From: Candidatus Saccharimonadales bacterium
GTDB lineage: Bacteria; Patescibacteriota; Saccharimonadia; Saccharimonadales; UBA10212
Length of the DNA stretch: 64,000 nucleotides
NCBI GenBank assembly: GCA_035717985.1
Contig: DASTHW010000014.1
Span: 81,691 to 145,690, forward strand
Direction: 5' to 3'
The notes beneath the pieces were generated by a model. That model ran no database searches. It was not told where the DNA came from and saw only the letters and a program-made list of their open reading frames with translations. The translations under genes and the position numbers were made by a program. Numbering within the stretch: position 1 is the stretch's first letter; each line of letters begins with the position of its first letter. This document shows, in pieces, positions 27,533 through 37,798 of this stretch.

Positions 27533-28744
27533 TTATATAACTTGGCTAGCTGGTATGTCTTTGGCCTGGCCGGCACAGATTAGGCAGGTTTCTTCTTCGC
27601 CGGCTTCGGCCAGCCAGTGGTCGGCCGCTTTCCAAATCGGCTCTAAATCGTGATAAGCCACAAAATCGGCGGCCGAGCGCATAACCCAGCCCAGCCAGCC
27701 GTATAGATGAACACCTTTCCACATTAGCGCCGCCCAGCCGGTGCCGGCTGGCGTGACGTAAGCTGGCTTGGCGGCCTGGTAAGGCTTGGGTTTGGCGCCC
27801 CTTGCCAGTCTTTCTAGGTTGGCGGCCACCGATTCAGCATCATGCAGTGCGGTTTGGGCCATGCCGGAGTAAGGTGTGTTGGCGTTATCACCAATTACAT
27901 AAATGTCGTCCTCGGCGGCCAAAAATTCATCAACCGCCACTTTGCCGTGGTCAGTTATGTTAAATTCGTTGGCGGCAAAAAAAGGATGATTGGTAACACC
28001 GGCCGTCCAGACCACAGTTCTACTTTTAAGGGTGCCGCCGCTAAATTCCAGGCCGTCAACCGTTTCGGAGCGCACCGTTTCACCCAAGTATAGTTTTACG
28101 CCCAGTTTACGCAGGCGCTTGGCGATAGCCCGGGAATAGGGCTTGGGCATACGCGGCATGAGCCTGGGCGCGGCCTCGACAAGGTCAACGTGAATCCGGC
28201 TTTTCTTAAGTCCGTGAGCCTCCATGATGTGCTTTACGTAATGGGGCAGGGCGCCGGCCAGCTCGACACCGGTAGGGCCACCGCCAATGACTACATAGTT
28301 AAGATCTGGTTTTCTATCTTCCACCAATTGCTTATGGATGTGGTCGCGCAGGCGCTTAGCTTCATCAATCGTTTTAATGCCGTAGGCGTATTCTTTTAAA
28401 CCCTTAATACCAAAAAAGTTAGTAATGACGCCAAGGGCCAAAATCAGCACATCATAATGATATTTTTTATCGGCGCTGGCGACGACTTTAGCGGAGCGGT
28501 CCAGCGATTTAATAGTGTCATTAATAATGCTAATATTTTTGTCTTCAAAAATTTCGCTCAAGGGAATGGTAGAAGCCGTTAGCTTGCCGCCGGTGGCCGC
28601 TCGGTACAGGCTGGGATAATATCTAAAATCGTCGCGCTCGGACACTAGGCTGACGTCAAAGGCCGGATTGCGCTCCAGCAATAGCGCCGCTTTAATGCCT
28701 CCAAAACCGCCGCCAACAATGATAACTTTTTGTTTTTTGGCCAT
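27533..28744 (-). CDS. ndh: Type II NADH dehydrogenase (NDH-2)-like FAD-dependent pyridine nucleotide-disulfide oxidoreductase
   Basis: Two Rossmann motifs, KVIIVGGGFGGIKAAL and VVIGGGPTGVELAG, plus the IYVIGDNA motif. Confidence 0.85.
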   Translation of the reverse strand: MAKKQKVIIVGGGFGGIKAALLLERNPAFDVSLVSERDDFRYYPSLYRAATGGKLTASTIPLSEIFEDKNISIINDTIKSLDRSAKVVASADKKYHYDVLILALGVITNFFGIKGLKEYAYGIKTIDEAKRLRDHIHKQLVEDRKPDLNYVVIGGGPTGVELAGALPHYVKHIMEAHGLKKSRIHVDLVEAAPRLMPRMPKPYSRAIAKRLRKLGVKLYLGETVRSETVDGLEFSGGTLKSRTVVWTAGVTNHPFFAANEFNITDHGKVAVDEFLAAEDDIYVIGDNANTPYSGMAQTALHDAESVAANLERLARGAKPKPYQAAKPAYVTPAGTGWAALMWKGVHLYGWLGWVMRSAADFVAYHDLEPIWKAADHWLAEAGEEETCLICAGQAKDIPASQVI

Positions 28745-28858
28745 TTCAATTGCATTATAACCAAAAGCGCTTTAGATTGCGAATTTAGCCTGTTGTAAGC
28801 CTCAACCAGTTCGCGTATGATTAGCGGATAACAATTTCTGAGCAAGAGAGGGTAAGCC

Positions 28859-30313
28859 GTGGCCAAAGCCAAGCGCCAACTGTCAAAACATGCTGAAAAT
28901 AAATGGGCCATTTTGGCACTGTTAGCCATGGCTCAGTTCATGGTGGTACTGGATGTAACCATCGTCAATGTGGCCCTGCCCAGCATGGCCCGCAGTTTGC
29001 ACTTTACACCTAGTAATCTGCAGTGGGTGGTCACAGCTTATACCCTTACTTTTGGCGGATTTTTACTCCTAGGCGGCCGGGCGGCTGATATCTATGGCCG
29101 GCGCAATATCTTTATCTGGGCGGTATCGGCTTTTGCCCTGATGTCACTGCTTTGCGGCCTGGCCCAAAATGATACCTGGGTGATACTAGCCCGGGCGGCT
29201 CAAGGCCTAGCCGGCGCTATTATGTCGCCGGCGGCACTATCTATCGTTCTGACCGAGTTTTCTGAGGGTAAAGAGCGAAATACGGCACTGGGTGTATGGG
29301 CGGCCGTAGCCGCCGGCGGCTCGGCGGTGGGCATTTTGCTAGGCGGTTTCCTGACCCAGTATCTTAGCTGGCGTTGGAACTTCTTTGTTAACGTGCCGGT
29401 GGGTGTGCTGGTGGTTTTGGCTAGCTTTCGGCTATTACCCCATCACATCGGGGAAGAAAATAAGAAAATTAAGCTAGATCTGCCAGGGGCAATCTCGGTG
29501 ACTGCTGGCCTAATGGCACTAGTTTATGGCCTAGCTGAAGCTCCTCAGCACGGCTGGGGCTCCGGCCGGGTAATCGGCTTCTTGATTGCTAGCGGCGTCT
29601 TACTGCTGGCCTTCCTAGCAAACGAGCGGCGAGCCGACCAGCCTTTAATGCCGCTGGCTCTGTTTAAAATTCGTAATGTTTTGGGTGGCAATCTTACAGC
29701 CTTAGGCATCGCTTGCACGCTGTTCTCGATGTTTTTCTTCATGACCCTTTATGTCCAGACAGTGCTGGGCTACTCGCCACTCAAATCGGGCGTTTCATTC
29801 TTACCGGTGACTATCGTAATCGCCGTTACCTCGGCTATCGTTTCTAAAACGGTTGGCAGAGCCGGCTATAAGCCGTTTTTGGTAGCTGGTCCGTTGGCCC
29901 TAGCGATTGGACTTTATACTCTCAGCGCCACCATGAAGGTCGGCGGCAGTTATTGGCAGAATGTATTCCCGGGTTTGGTAATCATCGCACTTGGCATGGG
30001 TTTATCATTTATTTCCATGACCTTAGCCTCCACCAGCGGTGTACCGAAACATTTTTCGGGCTTGGCTTCCGGAATGCTAAATACCTCCCAGCAGGTCGGC
30101 GAGGCCATTGGCCTGGCTATTTTGTCAGCCATTTATGCCAGCACCTTTAAGTCTGATGTGGCAAAAACACACATTGCCAATATCTCTAAGATTCACGGCT
30201 ACCAGGCTGGCTTACATGTGGGCGTGGGCCTGGCCGCCGCCGCGGCTGTTTTGGCGCTTTTGGTAGTTAAGAATCATAAAGTTAGCACGAAAGAGGCTAT
30301 GCCCGCCGCCTAA
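28859..30313 (+). CDS. MFS transporter, DHA2 (EmrB/QacA, 14-TM) family
   Basis: GTG start. LDVTIVNVALPSM and GGRAADIYGRRNIF (motif A). 484 aa with about 14 TM segments. Confidence 0.88.
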   Translation: MAKAKRQLSKHAENKWAILALLAMAQFMVVLDVTIVNVALPSMARSLHFTPSNLQWVVTAYTLTFGGFLLLGGRAADIYGRRNIFIWAVSAFALMSLLCGLAQNDTWVILARAAQGLAGAIMSPAALSIVLTEFSEGKERNTALGVWAAVAAGGSAVGILLGGFLTQYLSWRWNFFVNVPVGVLVVLASFRLLPHHIGEENKKIKLDLPGAISVTAGLMALVYGLAEAPQHGWGSGRVIGFLIASGVLLLAFLANERRADQPLMPLALFKIRNVLGGNLTALGIACTLFSMFFFMTLYVQTVLGYSPLKSGVSFLPVTIVIAVTSAIVSKTVGRAGYKPFLVAGPLALAIGLYTLSATMKVGGSYWQNVFPGLVIIALGMGLSFISMTLASTSGVPKHFSGLASGMLNTSQQVGEAIGLAILSAIYASTFKSDVAKTHIANISKIHGYQAGLHVGVGLAAAAAVLALLVVKNHKVSTKEAMPAA

Positions 30314-30355
30314 AAAGCCGGGCCGGTTAACTTTAAAAGAATCTATAATTAAACC

Positions 30356-31081
30356 ATGCTAGCCGTTATCTTATCTGTCCTTACCTTTTTCTCTACCTTG
30401 GCCGGCGGCCTAACGACTCTAAAGAATCAAAAATGGCTGTACCGGATTATGGGCTGGACGGCGGGAGTGCTTTTAGGCGTAGTTGCCTTTGATCTCTTGC
30501 CGGAGATAGCCCATGAGGTAAATCACTCAGGCAGTTCTTTCACTCGGCCGATGATTGCGTTGGTGGTTGGTTTTCTAGCTTTTCACGTTTTGGAAAAAAC
30601 CATTCTCTTACACCACGCTCATGAGAGCGAGTACGGCAGGCATGTTCATCCTCAGGTTGGTATTGCCAGCGCACTGGCCCTGGCCGGCCACAGCTTTTTA
30701 GACGGCGTGGGTATTGGCCTTGGTTTTCAGGCCGGCAATGCCGTTGGCATTACTGTGGCCATAGCCGTTATCGCCCACGATTTTACTGATGGCATGAATA
30801 CGGTTATTTTGATGCTGACCAATAAAAATACTTCATCCCGAGCTCGCGTGATGTTACTGGTGGATGCTATCGCGCCGGTTTTGGGAGCGGCCTCAACCCT
30901 TTTATATAGTCTGAGCGATAAGTGGCTAGTGCTTTATCTTGGCTTTTTTGCCGGCTTTTTGCTCTACATCGGCGCCAGCGATATTTTGCCCCAGGCACAC
31001 AGCAAGGAATCATCGCGCGTCACCATTAGCCTAACTGTGCTTGGTGCGCTGTTTATGTTTATCATCACCAGATTTATCTAA
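30356..31081 (+). CDS. ZIP family metal cation transporter
   Basis: His/Asp-containing TM motifs GHSFLDGVGIG and IAHDFTDGMN. 241 aa with about 8 TM segments. Confidence 0.75.
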   Translation: MLAVILSVLTFFSTLAGGLTTLKNQKWLYRIMGWTAGVLLGVVAFDLLPEIAHEVNHSGSSFTRPMIALVVGFLAFHVLEKTILLHHAHESEYGRHVHPQVGIASALALAGHSFLDGVGIGLGFQAGNAVGITVAIAVIAHDFTDGMNTVILMLTNKNTSSRARVMLLVDAIAPVLGAASTLLYSLSDKWLVLYLGFFAGFLLYIGASDILPQAHSKESSRVTISLTVLGALFMFIITRFI

Positions 31082-31104
31082 ACCGGCAGAGTATAATAAA
31101 GAAG

Positions 31105-31725
31105 ATGTTAAAGATAAAAATATTGATCTTGATTTTAGTCTTGGCGGCCGGCGGATTGTACCTGCACCAGCACCATGAAACTTCTGTGAAGCAGGCCGCC
31201 CAAGCCGCTGTAGCTACTGCTAAGCAAAAGGCTCAAAAAGTCGCCGCTGATGAGCTGGCCAGCCACTGCAAGCTTAATACTTCAGATAAAGAAATCGTGG
31301 TCAGTATCAGCAAACAGCACCTGTGGGCCTGTGCGGGGCCAACTACAGCCTATGACTCAGCCGTAATTACCGGTATGCAGATGTACCCATCTGAGTTAAC
31401 ACCGGTGGGCACTTATCACATCTATAGCAAACTGACGGATCAAACCCTTAGCGGTTCGGATTTCACCGGCCACTGGAGCGACTATGTCAATTATTGGATG
31501 CCGTTTTTGGATAACCAGTACGGCACCTATGGTTTCCACGATTTGACCCAAGCTAGTAACGGGACTAACGGCCGAGCCGACAGCGATTTTGGCCATGTTG
31601 ATATCAATGCACCTTTTACTGCCGCCAAGCACGGCTCGCACGGTTGTGTAGAGCTACCGCTAGCCACCGCTAAGTGGCTTTATAACTGGTCTTCTGTAGG
31701 CACGACAGTAGTAGTCCAAAGCTAG
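31105..31725 (+). CDS. L,D-transpeptidase (YkuD domain), membrane-anchored
   Basis: N-terminal anchor. Catalytic region YGFHD...HGSHGCVELP matches the HxxxxxxxxSHGC motif. Confidence 0.8.
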   Translation: MLKIKILILILVLAAGGLYLHQHHETSVKQAAQAAVATAKQKAQKVAADELASHCKLNTSDKEIVVSISKQHLWACAGPTTAYDSAVITGMQMYPSELTPVGTYHIYSKLTDQTLSGSDFTGHWSDYVNYWMPFLDNQYGTYGFHDLTQASNGTNGRADSDFGHVDINAPFTAAKHGSHGCVELPLATAKWLYNWSSVGTTVVVQS

Positions 31726-31746
31726 GTTACAGGATACAATATATAT

Positions 31747-32814
31747 ATGATTGCGGCGGTGATTATTCTAGCGGTGCTGACGGCCGGGTTGATTAGCTAT
31801 ATTTTTTTCAGTACTATTCAAAAAACCAAAAAGCCGGCTGAATCTGAAGCTAGCCTGCTGTTAAAGGCTGACATGCAGGAGCTGACTAAGGGTATGGGCG
31901 CCCTTAAGGACAGCCTGCAAAAACAACTAACTGAGCAAATGGGGGCTAGCAATAAGCAAATGCAGGCCCAGTTTGCGGCCAGTGCCAAAATTATTGCCGA
32001 TGTCACCCAAAAGCTAACGGAGCTGGACCGCACCAATAAATCAGTTGGCGACGTGGCCAACGAGCTTAAAACCCTACAAAGCGTCCTGCAAAACCCTAAA
32101 CAGCGCGGCGTGCTGGGTGAGTATTATCTGGACCAAATTTTAAAGAACCTGCTCCCGCCGGGAGCCTATGAACTGCAGTACAAAATGGGCCCGGGCATGA
32201 TGGTAGACGCCGTAGTCAAGCTGGATGATAAATTACTGCCTATCGACAGCAAGTTCTCTTTAGAGAATTACAACCGCATCTTGGACTGCAAGCCGGAGGA
32301 TAAGCCGGCGCTGGAGCGGGCCTTTAAAGAAGACTTAAAGCGGCGGATTGACGAGACGGCTAAATATATCCAGCCGAGTAAGGGCACACTGGACCAAGCC
32401 TTGATGTTCATTCCTTCTGAAGCTATTTATTATGATTTACTGGCCAACAAAGTGGGCACCGCCGGTGTATCGGGCCGAAACCTGATGCAGTATGCCGCCA
32501 AGGATAAAAAGGTGACTATCGTCGGACCTAGCACTTTGTCCGCCATGCTACAGGTTATTGTCCAGGGTCTGCGCTCCATTGAAATCCAAAAAGACACTGA
32601 CAAAATTAGGAAAAATATCGAGCAGTTAAGCCGGCATCTGGTAGCCCATAACGGCTACATGCAAAAACTTGGTGCGTCCTTAGGGACCACCGTTGGCCAC
32701 TTTAACACTACCTATAAAGAGCTAGGCAAAATCGATAAAGATATTGTCAAAATTGCTGAGACCGAGCCCACCGTTGAGCCGGTACTGCTAGATAGACCCA
32801 GCCTGGAAGAATAA
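31747..32814 (+). CDS. rmuC: DNA recombination protein RmuC
   Basis: N-terminal TM, coiled coil, then the conserved RmuC core (PKQRGVLGEYYLDQIL...DAVVKL...LPIDSKF...MFIPSEAIY). Confidence 0.88.
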   Translation: MIAAVIILAVLTAGLISYIFFSTIQKTKKPAESEASLLLKADMQELTKGMGALKDSLQKQLTEQMGASNKQMQAQFAASAKIIADVTQKLTELDRTNKSVGDVANELKTLQSVLQNPKQRGVLGEYYLDQILKNLLPPGAYELQYKMGPGMMVDAVVKLDDKLLPIDSKFSLENYNRILDCKPEDKPALERAFKEDLKRRIDETAKYIQPSKGTLDQALMFIPSEAIYYDLLANKVGTAGVSGRNLMQYAAKDKKVTIVGPSTLSAMLQVIVQGLRSIEIQKDTDKIRKNIEQLSRHLVAHNGYMQKLGASLGTTVGHFNTTYKELGKIDKDIVKIAETEPTVEPVLLDRPSLEE

Positions 32815-33392
32815 TGCTGGCTGTTTTTGCGGCGCTGTCGGTGATCTTTACGGTTTTAGCCGCGCCGCCGTACATAATTGACGTTTTGCGAAGACGCACT
32901 AAGCCCCAGCGGGCCACCTGGTTTATCTTAAGCGTGCTGGGGTTAATCGGCTTTATTTCACAGGCTAAAATTGGCATAAACTGGTCGCTAGTTTTCTTAG
33001 GGCTAGATACGGCCGGCAGTATTTTGGTCTTTTTGCTGTCGATCCCTTACGGGGTGGGCGGCTGGTACCTACTGGATAAATATGCTCTGGCGGTGGCGGC
33101 CATTGGCGTGGCAATATCAATTGCTGAAGACCAGCCGGTTATAGCCATAGCCGGCATAATTTTAGCCGACCTAGCTGGCACCGCTTTAACTATTAAGAAG
33201 GTATTTACCCATCCATCCAGCGAGACGACTGTTAGCTGGCTGTCTGTCGGTGTGGCCGCTGTTTTTGGCGTTTTGGCCGTGGGCAAGCTGGAGACCCAGC
33301 TTTTGATCTGGCCGATTTATTTAGTGATTGCCAATTTTGCAGTGCCGCTAGCCCAGTACGCCGGCCGGTCGCGAAGTACCGCTAAGGCTTAA
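32814..33392 (+). CDS. Hypothetical polytopic membrane protein
   Basis: 192 aa with about 6 hydrophobic spans. Its start overlaps the rmuC stop (TAATG). Confidence 0.6.
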   Translation: MLAVFAALSVIFTVLAAPPYIIDVLRRRTKPQRATWFILSVLGLIGFISQAKIGINWSLVFLGLDTAGSILVFLLSIPYGVGGWYLLDKYALAVAAIGVAISIAEDQPVIAIAGIILADLAGTALTIKKVFTHPSSETTVSWLSVGVAAVFGVLAVGKLETQLLIWPIYLVIANFAVPLAQYAGRSRSTAKA

Positions 33393-33952
33393 AGTATAAT
33401 CTGGTGGTTACCGTTACGGAGCTCTTCACGCACCTGAGCTTCCATCTCCCAAGGAAAGTCAATCCAAACTCCGCCTACGTATTTACCATAAAAATCAACT
33501 TCTTTAGTAGTCTGGGGATGCGGTTTTTTGGTATAGGCTACGGCGATGGCGGCTTCGGGCCAATTCTCTCTAATATATCCAGCAGTTAAGCCACTATCTA
33601 AGACGTCGTCGGCAAACAGCGCTCCTTTACCGTCTTTTGGCAGTTTGGGCTTACGGTAAACCTTTATATTGCCGCTAGGAACCTCTGGATTTCCCGCTTC
33701 TTCCTGGCTTTCCTCGTAAACTTCAACCGCTAAAGTCTGAATATCCTTAATGCCCATAGCCCTAGATATGCAGTCAGTTATTGATAGGCCGCCTCGAGTC
33801 ACGCCCACCAGATACTTAATTTCAAAACTAGAGCGGCTAACCATACTGCCTAGATTCCAGGCCAACCCGCGGACCTCCTCCATAGGCGGACGATAATGTA
33901 AAACATCGTCTATCTCCACCACCGGGGACAGATTCTCCGGAATCCGATTCAT
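33389..33952 (-). CDS. Phosphoribosyltransferase (purine PRTase-like)
   Basis: PRPP-binding motif ALFADDVLDSGLTAGYI. 187 aa. Confidence 0.7.
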   Translation of the reverse strand: MNRIPENLSPVVEIDDVLHYRPPMEEVRGLAWNLGSMVSRSSFEIKYLVGVTRGGLSITDCISRAMGIKDIQTLAVEVYEESQEEAGNPEVPSGNIKVYRKPKLPKDGKGALFADDVLDSGLTAGYIRENWPEAAIAVAYTKKPHPQTTKEVDFYGKYVGGVWIDFPWEMEAQVREELRNGNHQIIL

Positions 33953-33991
33953 TTACCCTAACTATACAAATGTGCAGGCGCGGATTGCAAA

Positions 33992-35308
33992 CTAATGATG
34001 CAGTAAATCAATCGTTAGGGCCGCCGTCCAGCTAAAACTTTTGGCGCCGGCCGGTGAGCCGTCCAGTGGACTGAAATACTCATACGAGCCGCTTTTTTCT
34101 ACCAGCTCAATGGTCTTTTCCCGCAAGACTTTAGACTCGTCCTTATAGCCATAGCGGGTTAAGCCTTCAATTATCAGCCAGTTGGTGTTTATCCAGGTCG
34201 GGCCCTGCCAATATTTGTGTTCATCAAAGTAGTTAGAATTTATCGGCACCGAGGGCACTGGCCAGCGGGTGCCAAATGTCCGCTTGCGTCCCAGTTTTTT
34301 AACTAACTGCTCGGCCCGTTCCTTACTGACGGCACCGGCGTACAGTGGCAAGAAGCCGGCAATAGTCGACTCCTCAATTAGCTTGTGGCTGATAAAACTG
34401 CGGCTAAAATACTCATTCTGGCGCTCGTCCCACAACTGCTCCAGCACCGCCCGGCTTTTTTTAATATTTTCCTTCAGGTCGGTCGGCAAGTCTTGGCCGA
34501 TATCTTCAGCAATTTGCGCCAGCAATTCATTAGCCCGGATGAATACGCAGTTAAAGGCCAAATCTTCTACCAAAAATAGCGAGCGGCTTAAAATGGCCTC
34601 GGAATTATAGGCTTTACGGCGCAGGCGCCGCATGGCCGACCAGTAAGCCATGGCCTCTATATTGCTCATCCGCTGGCCGGGCGGCACATGCTTGGTGTCG
34701 CGGCGGATTAGATTAACGACTTTGTCTAAATGCAGACGCTCTATGGCAGAAATCCAAAGCGGCATGCTGTGCTTGCGCAGTTCACTGATCCAGGGCGGCG
34801 TGTTATCCAGCCCGCATTCATAAGGGTGCAAAAGCACGATTAAACCCTCGCCGTGAGGGTTTCGCTCCCTATAGAGCCACTCATGGTGAGCTAAAAGGCG
34901 CGGATAGGTTTGCCGATACCAAGTGCGGCGCTCCGCCGGGCTCAGTTTTTGGCCGATTTTGGTAACCGCCTCAGCCAGCATGGGCGGCTGGGTAATACCG
35001 CTGGTATCTACACCGTCTGGCGAGTAGGGGCTTAAATAGCCGCGCTCAATCTGGCGGTCACGGCTGTCTTTACTCAAAATCATGTGTGGCACCATGCCGT
35101 TAGACCATTGGCCGCTAAGCAGGCGGTTAATTTCAGCTTTGGCTCTATCAATGCTCAGGTGCCTCAGACCAATGGCAATAAAACAGCTGTCCCACAGCCA
35201 TTGATGCGGGTAAAGCCCCTCCGCCGGCACGGTCCATTTACCCTTGTCATTTTGCTTTAAGACACGGGCCAGCTGGCGGATGAATTTATCTTCGGGCTCT
35301 TTAAACAT
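33992..35308 (-). CDS. (alpha/alpha)6-barrel glycoside hydrolase, GH63/glucosyl- or mannosylglycerate hydrolase-like
   Basis: LYPHQWLWDSCFIAIG near the N-terminus. WQGPTWINTNWLIIEGL and SFSWTAAL near the C-terminus, as in GH63/MGH-type enzymes. Confidence 0.6.
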   Translation of the reverse strand: MFKEPEDKFIRQLARVLKQNDKGKWTVPAEGLYPHQWLWDSCFIAIGLRHLSIDRAKAEINRLLSGQWSNGMVPHMILSKDSRDRQIERGYLSPYSPDGVDTSGITQPPMLAEAVTKIGQKLSPAERRTWYRQTYPRLLAHHEWLYRERNPHGEGLIVLLHPYECGLDNTPPWISELRKHSMPLWISAIERLHLDKVVNLIRRDTKHVPPGQRMSNIEAMAYWSAMRRLRRKAYNSEAILSRSLFLVEDLAFNCVFIRANELLAQIAEDIGQDLPTDLKENIKKSRAVLEQLWDERQNEYFSRSFISHKLIEESTIAGFLPLYAGAVSKERAEQLVKKLGRKRTFGTRWPVPSVPINSNYFDEHKYWQGPTWINTNWLIIEGLTRYGYKDESKVLREKTIELVEKSGSYEYFSPLDGSPAGAKSFSWTAALTIDLLHH

Positions 35309-35389
35309 TAGCTTAAGTATAACCCGCCTGGCGCCGCTAGGTGCGCCTACCTGGCCGGATAGAGGTAGTCATTGCTATAATGTCAAACA

Positions 35390-36427
35390 GTGGAATACCA
35401 GGATAAAGAGGTAGCTAAGGCCGCTGAGATATTGAAAAAGCGGCTGGCTGAGATTGAAGATAAGCGGTCTATTTTGCGTGCGCCGGAAATGACCGCCCTT
35501 TTCGATAGACTCAAGACCTTGCCACCAGCTCAGCGGGCTGGCTTTGGCAAGCAGGTTAATGCACTGAGAGAAGAGCTTGAAAAGTTAATCGCTGACTACC
35601 AGCTACCAACTACCGACTACCAACCCATCGATGTCACGGCACCGTTTGACGTCAACATCCCAGCCGGTCAGCGGCCGGCCCTTTTGCCGGCTGAGCTAGG
35701 TAGTAAGCACCCCATTACGGCCGAGCTGGAGCGTATTTTAGATATATTTTCTCGCATGGGCTTTACGGCCGTAGAGTCGCGCGAGCTGGATGATGATTAC
35801 CATATGTTTTCCAGCCTTAATTTCCCGCCGGACCACCCGGCGCGTGATGAATATGACACTTTTATCACGGACGAAGGCCTAATCGCGCCGGCACATACTT
35901 CTACCATGCAAAATCGCGTACTAAGAAGCCGCGGCAAAAACCTGGCTAGCGGCCAGCCGATTGCCACTGTCATTCCTGGCCGGGTCTTTAGAAATGAAGA
36001 TTTAGATGCCCGACATGAGCATACTTTTTACCAACTAGAGGGAATTTATGTAGACGAGGGCATTAACGCCGGTCACCTAATCGCCACTTTAAAGACTTTT
36101 CTGGAGGCATATTATGGCCAAGATTTAGAGGTTAAAACCCAGCCGTTTTATTTTCCATTTACCGAGCCGTCTTTTGAGTTTGCAGTATCTTGCCCGTTTT
36201 GCGCTAAGGCCGGGTGCCATATTTGTAGCCAGACCGGCTGGATAGAGCTACTAGGGTGTGGCATGATCCACCCCAATGTTCTACGCGAGGGCGGCATAAA
36301 CCCCGATAAATACACTGGCTTTGCCTGGGGTATGGGCATTGAGCGGCTGGTCATGATGAAATATGGCATAGAAGACATCCGCCATTTTGAAAGTGCAAAT
36401 CTTAAATTCCTAAGGCAATTCTCATGA
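35390..36427 (+). CDS. pheS: Phenylalanine--tRNA ligase alpha subunit
   Basis: GTG start. Class II motifs present: FPPDHPARDEYDTF, GRVFRNEDLDARHEHTFYQLEG, GFAWGMGIERLVM. Confidence 0.96.
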   Translation: MEYQDKEVAKAAEILKKRLAEIEDKRSILRAPEMTALFDRLKTLPPAQRAGFGKQVNALREELEKLIADYQLPTTDYQPIDVTAPFDVNIPAGQRPALLPAELGSKHPITAELERILDIFSRMGFTAVESRELDDDYHMFSSLNFPPDHPARDEYDTFITDEGLIAPAHTSTMQNRVLRSRGKNLASGQPIATVIPGRVFRNEDLDARHEHTFYQLEGIYVDEGINAGHLIATLKTFLEAYYGQDLEVKTQPFYFPFTEPSFEFAVSCPFCAKAGCHICSQTGWIELLGCGMIHPNVLREGGINPDKYTGFAWGMGIERLVMMKYGIEDIRHFESANLKFLRQFS

Positions 36428-36768
36428 AGATAATTAAGCGCTTAGCCTCAGATATTAAAAAAGAGGCCGCCCACAGCGCCAGCGGGGCAAGGAAGGTACT
36501 GGCTGATAGTGCACAGATTAAAAGTGCTAAGTTCGAGGCTATGACGCATGGTTTTTTGCCGGCCGGCCGAACGTTTGACTGGCATGAACATGAAGACACT
36601 GAGGAAATTATGATGGTTTTAAAGGGCGAAGGCACGGTTAGCGACCAAGACGGCCAGTATGATTACGCCCCCGGCGATGTATTTGTTTTCCCGGCCAATA
36701 CTACGCATAAAATCCACAATCCGTCCGTCACCGAACATGAAATGATTTTTGTGAGGATTAAATTGTGA
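36424..36768 (+). CDS. Cupin domain protein
   Basis: 114 aa. FDWHEHEDTEEIMMVLKGEG...GDVFVFPANTTHKIHN corresponds to cupin motifs 1 and 2. ATGA overlap with pheS. Confidence 0.8.
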   Translation: MKIIKRLASDIKKEAAHSASGARKVLADSAQIKSAKFEAMTHGFLPAGRTFDWHEHEDTEEIMMVLKGEGTVSDQDGQYDYAPGDVFVFPANTTHKIHNPSVTEHEMIFVRIKL

Positions 36769-37349
36769 TTGAAGTGACGCAAAAAATTCATCGTATTTTA
36801 GCGCCAAGACTAGTGGTCATGATCGGCACTACCTCGGAGGACGGTCGAAAAAACATCATACCGATTAATAACATCACATCAATCAGCACCGACCCCGGCC
36901 TGTGCCTAATTGCTGTTCACTATCCGTGGATTACAACCAAAAGTCTTAAAACCGCCAAAGGGTTTACGGTATCCGTACCGGCCAAAGATCAGCTAGATTT
37001 AATATGGAAACTCGGCCAAAAATATTCCGGCTATCAATCTAGTCAAGAAAAGATTGAGGAATTTGCCGGCCAGCTGGATATGAGTTTTTCGGCCTACGGA
37101 CCGGTCCTCAAAAATGCCTTGGGCTGGATAGAATGCGGGATCGTCGACAGGCCAAAAGATGTAGGCGGCAACCACCTAATGGTTATTGGCAAATACATCA
37201 AAGCCGCAATTAATGACCAGTACTTTACGCAAGAAATCAGCCCCAAAAATAACCCTGAGCCGATAATGCAATGGGAGGGCAATAACTTTTCAGCCGCGGG
37301 AGAAGTGTTTAGCATTGATTACTTCAAGGATCCGGAGACCGCCAAATGA
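36765..37349 (+). CDS. Flavin reductase-like (FMN-binding split-barrel) protein
   Basis: PRLVVMIGTTSEDGRKNIIPINNITSIS is typical of the flavin reductase-like domain. GTGA overlap with the cupin gene. Confidence 0.7.
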   Translation: MIEVTQKIHRILAPRLVVMIGTTSEDGRKNIIPINNITSISTDPGLCLIAVHYPWITTKSLKTAKGFTVSVPAKDQLDLIWKLGQKYSGYQSSQEKIEEFAGQLDMSFSAYGPVLKNALGWIECGIVDRPKDVGGNHLMVIGKYIKAAINDQYFTQEISPKNNPEPIMQWEGNNFSAAGEVFSIDYFKDPETAK

Positions 37350-37798
37350 CCGCTCCGGAAATAATCCAAAAAATTATCTATATGACTTTGGCTACAGCTA
37401 ATGCCGAGGGTCAGCCCTGGAATACGCCTGTTTTTTGCGCCTACGACCAAGACTTCAATTTTTATTGGGGTTCAAGTAAAACCAGCCGGCACTCCAAAAA
37501 TATCTCAGCCAACCCGCGGGTTTTTATCAGTATTTATGATTCCACGGTGCCGGCCGGCGAAGGCGAAGGAGTCTACATCAAAGCCAAAGCTCAGGAGCTA
37601 TCCAGCCCAGCAGATAGGCGATTTGCGCATAATCTTTTGCAGGCTCGCCGGATCATACCTTTCTGGAAAGAAGAATATTTTAGCGACGAATCGCCGATAG
37701 CGCTGTATAAAGCCGTGCCGGAAAAAGTGTGGGTGAACGACGGCCAAAAAATAAACGGTGTCTATGAAGACATCCGAAAAGAGGTCCGCTTGCCATGA
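37346..37798 (+). CDS. Pyridoxamine 5'-phosphate oxidase family (split-barrel) protein
   Basis: MTLATANAEGQPWNTPVFCAYDQDFNFYWGSSKTSRHSKNISANPRVFISIYD matches the general PNPOx-like pattern. ATGA overlap on both sides. Confidence 0.7.
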   Translation: MTAPEIIQKIIYMTLATANAEGQPWNTPVFCAYDQDFNFYWGSSKTSRHSKNISANPRVFISIYDSTVPAGEGEGVYIKAKAQELSSPADRRFAHNLLQARRIIPFWKEEYFSDESPIALYKAVPEKVWVNDGQKINGVYEDIRKEVRLP